DNA of 64,000 nucleotides from a virus (lineage: Duplodnaviria; Caudoviricetes), in IMG/VR virus record IMGVR_UViG_3300027804_000001, positions 128,001-192,000 of that record. One strand, given 5' to 3'. The notes under the pieces were generated by a model. That model was not told the DNA's origin, did no database searches, and was given only the letters and a program-made list of their open reading frames with translations. Positions 8,927-18,403 of this stretch are shown piece by piece. How positions within the stretch are numbered: position 1 is the stretch's first letter; each line of letters opens with the position of its first letter. Made by a program: the position numbers and the translations under genes.

Positions 8927-9580
8927 TTAACCAACAATTCCCACAATATCATCCAAGTGATGATCTAAAGGACCCATCTCACTACCAATTTCTTTCTTCT
9001 TTAACATCTTAATCACATCATGTAAATTGTATGGGCGGAAGTCGGGATTACCATCCATACCAATGTCCATTCTTCTACCGTTACTGATTTTCTGGTTGTG
9101 TGGTAAATGACAATGTCCATGTAGATGAATACGACCCTTACGAAGTCCGTTCCAACTTGAAATGGGATAGTGACACATCTCAATCGTTTCACCTTGATAT
9201 TCAAATTGTTCAAACCAATTAACTGATTTGAAAAGGTTTCGAACATTACCTCTGTTTCTGTCGATGTGATGGTCATGATTACCAAGAACTAAGTGAATAT
9301 TTTTACAAACTAATCTATTATAAAACTCTTCAATGTTTTCAAACCCACCGAACGACCAATCACCTAAATGAATTAATACATCATCTTGACCAACCACATC
9401 ATTGATGTTGTTAACAATTGCCGAATTCATCCTTTCGATAGTATCAAAAGGACGTGTTTGTGATTCAGGAACACCACCATTGGGTAATCTCCAATTGGTC
9501 ACACCACGACATATATTCCGATGTGAATAGTGTGTGTCGGAAGTAATCCATACCTTAATATCGTTATCTAATTTTATCAT
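8927..9580 (-). CDS. Calcineurin-like metallophosphoesterase
   Basis: SDTHYSH, HLGDWS, LGNHDHH, CHYP and HLHGHCH motifs. Confidence 0.9.
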   Translation of the reverse strand: MIKLDNDIKVWITSDTHYSHRNICRGVTNWRLPNGGVPESQTRPFDTIERMNSAIVNNINDVVGQDDVLIHLGDWSFGGFENIEEFYNRLVCKNIHLVLGNHDHHIDRNRGNVRNLFKSVNWFEQFEYQGETIEMCHYPISSWNGLRKGRIHLHGHCHLPHNQKISNGRRMDIGMDGNPDFRPYNLHDVIKMLKKKEIGSEMGPLDHHLDDIVGIVG

Positions 9581-9604
9581 TGTGAATAGTCAAATATTCT
9601 GAAA

Positions 9605-9635
9605 CAAAAATAAGTATTATTTTGTATATTCCAAA
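9605..9635 (-). promoter_or_regulatory. Bacteroidota primary-sigma promoter
   Basis: On the minus strand, TTTG (9635-9632), N19, TATTTTTG (9612-9605). Confidence 0.6.
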
Positions 9636-9671
9636 ATATTTCAAAAAAAATCCCCACATTAATGTGGGGAT
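9633..9671 (-). terminator. Intrinsic terminator, copy 1 of a ~40-bp direct repeat
   Basis: TCCCCACA-TTAA-TGTGGGGA hairpin, then T8 and GAAATATTTT on the minus strand. Confidence 0.8.
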
Positions 9672-9679
9672 TGTATCAT

Positions 9680-11257
9680 TTAGTTATTCATTATCTTCAT
9701 TAACTGAAGTGAGACATCACTCCAATATGTATCCCAAAAGAATTCATCATCTGAACTAACACCCATAGAATCGATTCTATATTGGGTTTGTGCCATTGAT
9801 GCTAGTAATTGTTGAAATCCTAATTTAGATTCTTTAGGAAGATTTGAATATATTCTTCTATAAAACTGATGTGAAGTGTTAATGTAAATTACAAACAAAC
9901 CATTCTCAAAAGTTAACTTCCAAAACACACTACCAGTTTCAAATGGTTCGAACTTGAATTCGTACAATTTTTTCTCAACAACTCTTGCTTTTGTCGGTTG
10001 TTTGTCTTTTGATTTATCTTTACTTGGCTTATTGGGGTCGACATCGAACTCAACTCTTCTTTTCTTTTTTTCTCCTGTTTCGGGTGCCTGAAAACCAGCG
10101 TTTACTGCCGATTTGTTTAATGCCTTTACAATATCAATATTCTCTTTTTCTTCTTCCACAGAAACTACGGTCTTTCTTGCCTTAAGCTCTTCGTTTCTTT
10201 TATTTCTACCCCATAACAACAACTCACCAATTTTCTTATATAAATCAGGATTTCTTTCTTTATTAATCTTTAAACCTGAAGTCTTATTAAAATTAATGTT
10301 GAAATATGATGTTAAAGTTTTTGGGATTGTGAATTCAATTCTACATCTTGAATACCAAGAATCAAATAATTTAGTACCTAAAGTTGTTCCACCAACTTCA
10401 ATGTATCTACCACCATAAATCACATAACAACCATATTTGTTGAATGACCATGTATCTGATGCGGTTTCTTGGTCTTCGGAACTACTTACTTTAAGATCCC
10501 AAGATTTTTTCTCTTCTAATCCATCAATTGCAACCGCCTCCAACTTAATTTTTTCACCTTTTACTTCTGTCTCAACAAAATTTGTTTGGGTTTTATCACT
10601 ATATCTATATAATGGGTCAACACCAATAACCTGTTCTTCATTTACAAAAAATCCAATGTTGTTATTTTTTAGTGTTGGATAAAAGACAACTCCTAAATTT
10701 TTCTTTAACACGCTAGCATGAAAATTAACACAATTATTAATGGTAATTGTTGTTCCTAATTCAGAGTCCAATGGTAATGTGTAAACATCTAAATTTCTTA
10801 CATTAGTTAATGGATTCCAAATCAATTTTGTTTTTTCAGTACCATTGTTTGTTATAATCTCAATTGCAGAATAAACATCGGTATTTTCTGAATTTAATAA
10901 ATTCAATGTTGATGTTTTCATTCCCATACCGAAATAACCAATTTCATTATCCTCATAAACTCTATTACAACCTAAATTCATGTTGTTACAAAGTTGATTT
11001 AAGGACATTCCACAACCATTATCCTTAATGATTAAGGTTGAGGTTTTTTTGTCATAAATTAATTCGATTTTTGTGGCTCCACCATCGACAGAGTTATCAA
11101 ATAACTCGTAAATTGCGGTGTAAGTGTCGTAGTTAACACTTGTTAAAGATTCAAGGAAGAATCTGTCTGTTGTTTCAATTTTTTTAGAACTGTGGTAAAC
11201 AGGTACCATTTCTCCGTTTTGAGACACAGCTTTAGTGTCTGTTACGTTTTCTTTCAT
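9680..11257 (-). CDS. MORC-like GHKL ATPase (HATPase_c_3)
   Basis: AIYELFDNSVDGGA (N box), KDNGCGM (G1) and GYFGMGMKTS (G2), followed by an S5-like region, a coiled-coil/basic linker and a C-terminal domain. Confidence 0.8.
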   Translation of the reverse strand: MKENVTDTKAVSQNGEMVPVYHSSKKIETTDRFFLESLTSVNYDTYTAIYELFDNSVDGGATKIELIYDKKTSTLIIKDNGCGMSLNQLCNNMNLGCNRVYEDNEIGYFGMGMKTSTLNLLNSENTDVYSAIEIITNNGTEKTKLIWNPLTNVRNLDVYTLPLDSELGTTITINNCVNFHASVLKKNLGVVFYPTLKNNNIGFFVNEEQVIGVDPLYRYSDKTQTNFVETEVKGEKIKLEAVAIDGLEEKKSWDLKVSSSEDQETASDTWSFNKYGCYVIYGGRYIEVGGTTLGTKLFDSWYSRCRIEFTIPKTLTSYFNINFNKTSGLKINKERNPDLYKKIGELLLWGRNKRNEELKARKTVVSVEEEKENIDIVKALNKSAVNAGFQAPETGEKKKRRVEFDVDPNKPSKDKSKDKQPTKARVVEKKLYEFKFEPFETGSVFWKLTFENGLFVIYINTSHQFYRRIYSNLPKESKLGFQQLLASMAQTQYRIDSMGVSSDDEFFWDTYWSDVSLQLMKIMNN

Positions 11258-11364
11258 AATGATTTTTTTTTAATGTTAAAATTTTATTAACATCACAAAT
11301 ATATGAAGAATATTTTGAATAAAAAAATAATATAGAAAAAAGTTTTCCACATTATTATATAATG

Positions 11365-12429
11365 TTATTTACATTTTACATAATGTAGATATTCAAATGT
11401 TTCGATTACCTTGTGGTTTCGAGCATCATCTTTATCGGATTTATATCTTTGGTATTTCTTTGTGAAGATTCCATATTCACCCTTCTTACTCATGATGTCC
11501 TCAATTTCTTTTAAAGATAATAAACCCTCATTATTATAACTAAGAAAAATAAATTTACAATTACAATTTTGTATTAAATCGCTAAACGCATCTTTGACTT
11601 CACGTTTTTTCGAATACTTAGACGAAGTCTTTTGTTTTCTATTACCAGTTTTTCCTACAATTTCAGGATTATCATATTTAGCAATTGTTTCAAGTACATG
11701 GTAATTGTCTCCATATACCCTATTGTTATATGGCGGGTCTAAATACATTATATCACATTCAATTTCTTTAACTAATTGATTAGAATCTTTATTATAAACC
11801 ACATTTGATTTATCACTTAATATAGTTTCAATTGGTTCGATAGTAACTTTATCTAATGCACTCTTCTTAAAACTTTTTAAATAGGCACCATAAACAGATG
11901 TTGTATTTGCTTTCTTGTCTACCGATTCAATTATGCTTGATAATAAAAAGAAATATTCATTTTCATTAATTAAATTATTTGATTTCCACTCCTCAATTTT
12001 AATTCTTGACGTGTCACATATTTTAGCATTCTCATCTGAGAAATATAATCTAACATGTTGTTCATTGACGGTACCACCTGATGCGTAATTGTTATAAACA
12101 AATCCTTCTACAAGAGGTAAATTATTTAGGTAATCACAAACAATTTTTGATTTCTTCTCAATCTCACAATTGATAAGTTCTGGAATAATTTGATATAAAT
12201 TTTCAAATTCAAAAAGATTATTATTAACAATTAAATGTCTATTCAACACATAACTATAATATTGTAAATCGTTTGAAATTATTTGATATCCTAATTTTTT
12301 AAAATGTGCACCAACTATTCCCGTTCCTGAAAATAAATCACAAAAGATATATTCTTTATCACCAACCACACTTTTAATTGATGTTTCTAAAAAATCCAAT
12401 AACCTAAATTTACTACCAATATAATTCAT
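11365..12429 (-). CDS. DNA adenine (N6) methyltransferase, D12/FokI-like class
   Basis: MNYIGSK, DLFSGTG (SAM-binding), YLDPPY (catalytic) and FLSYNNEG. Confidence 0.9.
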   Translation of the reverse strand: MNYIGSKFRLLDFLETSIKSVVGDKEYIFCDLFSGTGIVGAHFKKLGYQIISNDLQYYSYVLNRHLIVNNNLFEFENLYQIIPELINCEIEKKSKIVCDYLNNLPLVEGFVYNNYASGGTVNEQHVRLYFSDENAKICDTSRIKIEEWKSNNLINENEYFFLLSSIIESVDKKANTTSVYGAYLKSFKKSALDKVTIEPIETILSDKSNVVYNKDSNQLVKEIECDIMYLDPPYNNRVYGDNYHVLETIAKYDNPEIVGKTGNRKQKTSSKYSKKREVKDAFSDLIQNCNCKFIFLSYNNEGLLSLKEIEDIMSKKGEYGIFTKKYQRYKSDKDDARNHKVIETFEYLHYVKCK

Positions 12430-12430
12430 A

Positions 12431-13282
12431 TCATATAAAAACGACTAATGATTCTGTCGTAAAATTTTCTTTCTTACCATTTATAATGTAGTCGAAATCA
12501 ATCTTATGTGTTTCACCAAAATTTAAATCTCTACAATCTTTTTCTATTGCCGTTATGCTTTTAATTTTATTTTCCAATTCAACTATAAAAATTCTTGGAC
12601 TACTATCAAATCTATTTTCATTTTGGTTTTCATATAAATACCTTGCAACTGTTTGTGGATTATTTAATGCATCTCTCATCCATTGATTCCCAAAATCTAT
12701 TTTGAAATTATCCGTTACACTACTTGCATTTTTTAAATCAAAATTTTTACCATTATAAAAGAAATCAACACTCTTATTATTTGATAGTGTAGGTAGTATT
12801 TCTTCATGGTGTTTAATGAGATAATATTCATATAAAAACGACCTAAAAATTGTATGTGATTTAATAATATAATTTTTTTTAATATCTATCAAATGTTCAT
12901 CAAGACCAACTAAAAAATCATCGTTTTTTCTAATTGTTGATGTGAGTTTACTATCATATGCCATCACGTTAAAGGCCCAACTTTTTTGTCCGTTAAATTC
13001 TTCTTCTATTATTTTTTTGGTTTCTTCGTAATTTTTAATATTCTTTTTTAATTCAGATAAACTATATTTTTTTTGTTTGGCAATATGTCTAGTAAAAAAT
13101 TTAACATCCTCATAATTCCAACGATTAAAAATTTCGTTATATAAAAATTCGGGTGTTTGAATCTTAAGATTAGAATGTGTTAAATTGGTATAACTTAACA
13201 GATATTCAATTGCATTATCCTTATTACCAAATATTTTTTTTACATTCTCAATAGATATGTTGTCTCTAATATCATTTATCAT
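12431..13282 (-). CDS. Putative PD-(D/E)xK restriction endonuclease
   Basis: VDFFYNGKNFDLK matches a D...D-x-K motif. The gene is directly upstream of and coupled to the methylase. Confidence 0.55.
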   Translation of the reverse strand: MINDIRDNISIENVKKIFGNKDNAIEYLLSYTNLTHSNLKIQTPEFLYNEIFNRWNYEDVKFFTRHIAKQKKYSLSELKKNIKNYEETKKIIEEEFNGQKSWAFNVMAYDSKLTSTIRKNDDFLVGLDEHLIDIKKNYIIKSHTIFRSFLYEYYLIKHHEEILPTLSNNKSVDFFYNGKNFDLKNASSVTDNFKIDFGNQWMRDALNNPQTVARYLYENQNENRFDSSPRIFIVELENKIKSITAIEKDCRDLNFGETHKIDFDYIINGKKENFTTESLVVFI

Positions 13283-13298
13283 TATTAATAATATAATA

Positions 13299-13339
13299 AA
13301 AATATTTCAAAAAAAAAATCCCCACATTTCTGTGGGGAT
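13299..13339 (-). terminator. Intrinsic terminator, copy 2 of the ~40-bp direct repeat
   Basis: TCCCCACA-GAAA-TGTGGGGA, then T10 and GAAATATTTT on the minus strand. Nearly identical to 9633-9671. Confidence 0.8.
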
Positions 13340-13393
13340 ATACTTTAACCCGATTCAGGTCAGTCCACAAAACTTATTGTGGAAAGGTACTAC

Positions 13394-14659
13394 TTATTTT
13401 TTCATGTCTTTTATGACATCTTTAATCATTTGGTCAAACATACCTTCATTCATTCTTCTTCTACCACCATCTAATTCAGATCTTGTTGGTGCGGCTTTTC
13501 TAAGTACTGTTTCAGGACTTATACCTTCCATTTTAGTTTTAAATTCGTTGATTGCTTGAACCAATCCTTGAACAATCTGTGGATTATCCATAATTGTATT
13601 TTCGGGTGTAAATTGTGTACCTGGTTCAAGTTGAACATTTTTAATTACACCAACTTGTTTACCATCAACCAATGAACCTGGATTATATTCTACAGGTTCC
13701 AATCTACCATCAACACGAGATGATTCAGGTTTTCTTCTTGCGAATTTGTTTACTAAAACAATTGTCCAAGTAAATGAATTATCACCAATTTTTTCTCCTT
13801 GAACTTGTAAAGTCATCTCCATAAACACCTCATTCTCTCTACCCTCTACGTGACCGTATTTACGTAATCTATAAACATCTGTTACACCATAATCTTGTGT
13901 ACTTCCTTTCTTTTCTTCTGCATCCCAATTTGCATAATTTTGATTGAATTGTCTGGCTAAGTGCTGTGTATCCATCTCAGGAGTTTCTTCGCCGAAAATT
14001 CTATCAGCAACCATTTGGTTAAACTCTTCATTTGATTTATAAACATTATAACTTAATGTTGTAAATTTAACCATTTCATTATTCCATCGGTCGGTGTGTC
14101 TGTCAAAATATTTTCTATTATCAAGAGCAACAGCTGGTACACTTCTTTGATTCAATATTTTATTAAAATCTTCAGTGAATTCACTTCTTAAAACTTTTAA
14201 AAGTTTAGTTTTAATTTTAGTTGACCCCTCCAATTTTTGACCAGTTGCAACATCTTTGGATGTTTGTTTAACTGTACTAATTGGTTCTCCTTCTTCACCT
14301 GGTAATGGTTTACCAACTCTTACATCTCTGTGTGGTCTATCTGATGGACATTTTGTATCTGACCATCTAAATGAACCATAATCTTGTTTTAATTTTTCAA
14401 CAACATCGGGATGTTCTTCCATGAACTTTTGAATGTCACAAGTGAAAACTATTTGTACCCTTTCTGAATCAGGATCCTCGTTAAATGGGTCAACCATCAT
14501 ATCATATCCGATTAATTGACCGTCATTATCATATAGTTTACTTGATGCAACTTTTTTACCCGGTTGTTTCTTTGACCAATATCGAGCCATTTCGTCAATA
14601 TCAGCGATATAGTTGTTCTCTGATAACAGGGAAAGAAGTTTTTCTTTAGATATCTCCAT
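13394..14659 (-). CDS. Large hypothetical protein, candidate virion-internal protein; start reassigned to 14659
   Basis: The ATG at 14659 gives MEISKEKLLSLLSEN, with TATTTATA at 14680-14687. The longer track start overlaps the upstream gene. Confidence 0.7.
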   Translation of the reverse strand: MEISKEKLLSLLSENNYIADIDEMARYWSKKQPGKKVASSKLYDNDGQLIGYDMMVDPFNEDPDSERVQIVFTCDIQKFMEEHPDVVEKLKQDYGSFRWSDTKCPSDRPHRDVRVGKPLPGEEGEPISTVKQTSKDVATGQKLEGSTKIKTKLLKVLRSEFTEDFNKILNQRSVPAVALDNRKYFDRHTDRWNNEMVKFTTLSYNVYKSNEEFNQMVADRIFGEETPEMDTQHLARQFNQNYANWDAEEKKGSTQDYGVTDVYRLRKYGHVEGRENEVFMEMTLQVQGEKIGDNSFTWTIVLVNKFARRKPESSRVDGRLEPVEYNPGSLVDGKQVGVIKNVQLEPGTQFTPENTIMDNPQIVQGLVQAINEFKTKMEGISPETVLRKAAPTRSELDGGRRRMNEGMFDQMIKDVIKDMKK

Positions 14660-14687
14660 TATAATACGTATTTTATTTATATAAATA

Positions 14688-15149
14688 CTAGGAAAACCAA
14701 AGAGGCACCTTCCTATTTTTCCAATTGCAAAAATCTTTCTTTGCTCCAATATAATAATTCCTATATGACTGGGTCACATCTTCCACTTTAAAGACATCTG
14801 GCATAGCTTTAGGTGGGTTTTGAAAGGGTATATCGGGTATGTTTGGTTTATTTATCACACACCACTCTATTATTTGTTGGGACTTATGTTTTTTACCGTA
14901 TCTATATGAATATTCTTTACATAGTTCTAAACCTAACTCACACAACCAAAGATAATTTTCTAATGAAGTCCTAACCCAAATAGAACAAGGATGGTTCTTA
15001 TGAGATAATTTGTAAGGTGCTTCTCCACCTGTAACCCAATGAGACCCACACAAAAGTTGTGCGGTTTCTAATATCATTTTGACAACATGTTTATCATTAT
15101 GATATTGTGCACATTTTGTTGGGTCACTATCTAAGAAGAATATGTTCAA
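14688..15149 (-). CDS. Pyrimidine-dimer DNA glycosylase-like protein (DenV/Pyr_excise-related)
   Basis: MNIFFLD..P..CAQYHNDKHVVKMILETAQLL, HKNHPCSIW, YRNYYIGAK. Confidence 0.75.
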   Translation of the reverse strand: MNIFFLDSDPTKCAQYHNDKHVVKMILETAQLLCGSHWVTGGEAPYKLSHKNHPCSIWVRTSLENYLWLCELGLELCKEYSYRYGKKHKSQQIIEWCVINKPNIPDIPFQNPPKAMPDVFKVEDVTQSYRNYYIGAKKDFCNWKNRKVPLWFS

Positions 15150-15511
15150 TTTAATTCTTTTTTTAGTTCACATTCTAAATGATTAGTTCCAATTAAATAA
15201 TCATATTCTATTTCTGATGTATCTTTACCACAAATTTTACAAACCCATTGGTTTTCAACTGGTGGTTCTTTATCTTCATATTCTCTCCAATAATGTTGTC
15301 TAACTTTCTCTCCGAGTTCGGCATCATTTGGATATTGTTTAACCCAATATTTGGGTATTGTTATTTGTTCTCTACCTGAAGAACTTCCTTTTAAATAACA
15401 TTCGGTACATAACTGTCCTGCACCTTCTATGTATCCAATTCTAAAATCAATGTGTGTTGATACATCCACTGTGGTTTCTTTTCCACAGATAATACAAGTT
15501 TCATTTGGCAT
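15146..15511 (-). CDS. Hypothetical protein with zinc-ribbon CxxC motifs
   Basis: CIICGK, QLCTECY and CKICGK. Confidence 0.6.
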   Translation of the reverse strand: MPNETCIICGKETTVDVSTHIDFRIGYIEGAGQLCTECYLKGSSSGREQITIPKYWVKQYPNDAELGEKVRQHYWREYEDKEPPVENQWVCKICGKDTSEIEYDYLIGTNHLECELKKELN

Positions 15512-15574
15512 AGTGGTTAATTTTATACCAAAATATAAAAAATATTATAAAAAAACAAATAATATTAATATAAA

Positions 15575-16906
15575 TTATGCCAAATCTTTAATTTTAGGTG
15601 ATGCACCTGAATTATAAGAATTAACCACTTTAGCAACAAGGTCACCGGTTCCCCAAGTTTTTAAAGATTCACATTTAGCGATGTTTGCTGCCCCAATATC
15701 ATTTTTTAAACCGTCAACAATACAATTGTATCTACCGTTTTTAAGTGTCTTGATTGTTGCAACCATACCATCTTGTAAAGTTTGATAATTTTTAACTCCT
15801 ACACTATTAAAGTCTGTGGCATTTGGCATTTTGTATGTTGTGTTGAAAGGATTGAATTTACCAGCTTTACCTTCTGATTGTCTCCAAGCATATAAGAATT
15901 TTAAATTCTCTTCTGAAACAGGTGCACCTAAGTTTTCTAATAACTTCGCATAAAAATTTTGGTCTGCTAATCCTTCTAAATTAACAACATCAATATGTTT
16001 TTTCAAATCTTCAGAAGTTACACCTTTCTCTTTAAGTAATTCAATTAATTTCTTTAACATTTCAGGAGACGCTTTAACCATTGGTCCACCACTAGCCCCA
16101 CCTGTTGCATTTGTCATTCCGGTGGCCAAATCACTTAGATTGCCCGAAGATACCCCAACATGAACATGAGGTGGAATACCACCAGCTTGCATTATTCTAC
16201 CTATTACATCACCTTCCTTAACTGAATCGCCTTTATTTAAAGAAGATTCAATATGAGTATAGAAAACATCAGGTTTCCCGTCTGTACTCTTAATAGAAAC
16301 TTGGTCACCATATATTTTTTTAACTCCACTCTTAATTACACCACCACTACTATCTTTCTTTATTTTATCTACAACACCATTTGTTATAGAATAAACTTCA
16401 GTTCCAACAGGACCTGAAATATCCCATGCATTTCTACTTGGCCAATCTGATGCACTATGTGTACCTTGACCCGGTCTACCTATAATTCCCCCACCACTTG
16501 ATACCAACTTAACATCTTCGTTTAATTTGGTTTTATCTTCAAGTTTCTCTGAAGTAAATTTCTGAACGGCGGCGGCAGTTTCAGGACCAAATAATCCATC
16601 TACACCATATTTTGGTAATTCATATCCTAAAAGAATTAAACCTATTTGCATAGACTCGGCTCCTTTTTGAAAGGACATAGATCCCTTTTCTTGTTGGGAA
16701 AGACCTCCCGAGTTTGCTGAATCCTCTAAAGTTTTGAAAAATTGGTCAACATCATCGGATACCAAATCGGCTTTCTTAGGGTCGTCAGTCTTTTTGATAC
16801 CAACCTTTTGTAATAATTTATTGAGAAACCCCTCTTCATTAATAACCTCTTTACGATAGGTTATACTATGTATTCTTTCTAATTCTTCTGATAATGTCCT
16901 TTTCAT
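15575..16906 (-). CDS. Multi-domain cell-wall hydrolase: PG-binding, M23 peptidase and C-terminal lysozyme-like domain
   Basis: YGVDGLFGPETAAAVQKF (PG-binding). H...AWD, FYTH and PHVHVG (M23). AWRQSEG...FNPFNTT (C-terminal domain). N-terminus MKRTLSEE. Confidence 0.75.
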   Translation of the reverse strand: MKRTLSEELERIHSITYRKEVINEEGFLNKLLQKVGIKKTDDPKKADLVSDDVDQFFKTLEDSANSGGLSQQEKGSMSFQKGAESMQIGLILLGYELPKYGVDGLFGPETAAAVQKFTSEKLEDKTKLNEDVKLVSSGGGIIGRPGQGTHSASDWPSRNAWDISGPVGTEVYSITNGVVDKIKKDSSGGVIKSGVKKIYGDQVSIKSTDGKPDVFYTHIESSLNKGDSVKEGDVIGRIMQAGGIPPHVHVGVSSGNLSDLATGMTNATGGASGGPMVKASPEMLKKLIELLKEKGVTSEDLKKHIDVVNLEGLADQNFYAKLLENLGAPVSEENLKFLYAWRQSEGKAGKFNPFNTTYKMPNATDFNSVGVKNYQTLQDGMVATIKTLKNGRYNCIVDGLKNDIGAANIAKCESLKTWGTGDLVAKVVNSYNSGASPKIKDLA

Positions 16907-16921
16907 ATTTTAATAAATATT

Positions 16922-17323
16922 TCAAATCTCGACTTTTATCCATTTTTGTGTGGAGTCTAATTTAAAAGAACCAATATATTTTTGTTTCCATTGATTTGGG
17001 TGAATTAATGATAGAAACATTGTTTCATCCTCCCTTATATATAAATGGTAAATCTCGTTCATAACAGGAATAAAAGAATAAGATGATGTATATACAAGAT
17101 CATTCCAATTAACTTCATCAATAAGTTTACGAAACTCTTCTTTAAGTTCCTCATATTTGGTTTTAAACTGTTTATTTGCAACATTGGCTTGCATTTGTTT
17201 CCAACCACCGACATCTTCCATTTTAATTGCGGGCGCACCCACATTACTACCATAAGTTAACTCCTTTGAGTAGTATCCTTTTTCTTCGTCCCAAACAACT
17301 AAATCTGGTTTCTTTTTTTTCAT
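16922..17323 (-). CDS. DUF2452-like protein
   Basis: NDLVYTSSYSFIPVMNEIYHLY...FLSLIHPNQW resembles this Bacteroidota family. Confidence 0.6.
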   Translation of the reverse strand: MKKKKPDLVVWDEEKGYYSKELTYGSNVGAPAIKMEDVGGWKQMQANVANKQFKTKYEELKEEFRKLIDEVNWNDLVYTSSYSFIPVMNEIYHLYIREDETMFLSLIHPNQWKQKYIGSFKLDSTQKWIKVEI

Positions 17324-17326
17324 TAT

Positions 17327-17500
17327 TTATTTTTTCTCATCCTCCCAAGGTGTGGTTTCTTCTCCCCAATTCAAAAAATCCTCCCCTTTATAATCTGGAT
17401 GGTTTTTGTGCATATAATCAATGCCTCTAACCCAAAAGAATGAAATAATTCCAGCAAATAAAAAGCTGATACCAATTGCAATTAAGTAACTTGTCATCAT
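17327..17500 (-). CDS. Small membrane protein, 57 aa (not in ORF track)
   Basis: Manual translation MMTSYLIAIGISFLFAGIISFFWVRGIDYMHKNHPDYKGEDF...EDEKK*. Confidence 0.65.
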   Translation of the reverse strand: MMTSYLIAIGISFLFAGIISFFWVRGIDYMHKNHPDYKGEDFLNWGEETTPWEDEKK

Positions 17501-18078
17501 TTTAGTAAGTTTAATATTTTTTCTTTAATTCCTGTTTGTTTAATTCCTTCAGTACTCTTAGGTGTTAACACAAAGTTAGTTAATCCCCATTCCATTTCCA
17601 TTTCACCCCACGTTTCATGTGTTTGTGGAATACCCATATTAAGGTCATCCACCGAAACCCAATTGGTTATTTGTGGATTATCTTTAAGATATTGTTTAAT
17701 CTCCAGTGAACGAGATTGTTCTAAATCATATTGTCTAGACCAAGGAAAGTTTTGAGGGACTTCACACTCACCTAAATTCTTAGTAAACCCTATGGGTTTC
17801 TTTTTGATACCCTGTGACTCATAATATTCACCCATCTCCTCAACAGTTGCCCATCTTTTCCAATCAGATGAGACAACAATATCAGCGTTAGTTTTTTCCA
17901 ATATCTCATTTAATATAACAACAGCCTTCTTATTAAAATTATCGAACCTACATTCAACTGGTAGTGAAGCAATAGACTGCGACAATTTTCTACCTATCTT
18001 TCTTTGTTTTTTATGTCTACCACCCCATTCAGTTGATAAACAAATCACACCATCGTGATCAAGAAATATTACTTTCAT
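17497..18078 (-). CDS. HAD-domain protein (Swiss-army-knife RNA-repair-like HAD)
   Basis: FLDHDGVI, IVVSSDWK and WVSVDDL. Confidence 0.75.
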   Translation of the reverse strand: MKVIFLDHDGVICLSTEWGGRHKKQRKIGRKLSQSIASLPVECRFDNFNKKAVVILNEILEKTNADIVVSSDWKRWATVEEMGEYYESQGIKKKPIGFTKNLGECEVPQNFPWSRQYDLEQSRSLEIKQYLKDNPQITNWVSVDDLNMGIPQTHETWGEMEMEWGLTNFVLTPKSTEGIKQTGIKEKILNLLK

Positions 18079-18403
18079 CTTTTCTTCTTTTAACTATCAA
18101 TCTAATAGTATTAAAAATTCCTAAGAACATAAAGATTTGTATGGGCCAAAATGGTAAATTTTGTAGTTCGTGTAACATCCAAAAGATGTTCATAAAAACC
18201 CACGAAAACAATGTTATGTTTGCATCTCTATTTTCTTTTTCAGTTAAAAGAATATAAATCGTTAAAATAGATGTTGGGATTATCATAAATGTTGCCATCC
18301 ATGTAAACTTTAAACACCAGAATATATCTTTTAATAACCACGAAGTTATATGTATTTCTTGAATATTCCTAATTTTTTTAAGAATTTTCATCGATATATT
18401 CAT
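18059..18403 (-). CDS. Small multi-pass membrane protein
   Basis: Three to four hydrophobic segments; WLLKDIFW and WVFMNIFWM repeats. Confidence 0.65.
   Translation of the reverse strand: MNISMKILKKIRNIQEIHITSWLLKDIFWCLKFTWMATFMIIPTSILTIYILLTEKENRDANITLFSWVFMNIFWMLHELQNLPFWPIQIFMFLGIFNTIRLIVKRRKDESNIS

Noticed and set aside
14660-14749. N-terminal extension of the 13394..14749 track ORF
   Set aside because: It overlaps the upstream glycosylase gene and an AT-rich intergenic motif. The ATG at 14659 fits the TATTTATA motif and the leader pattern better.
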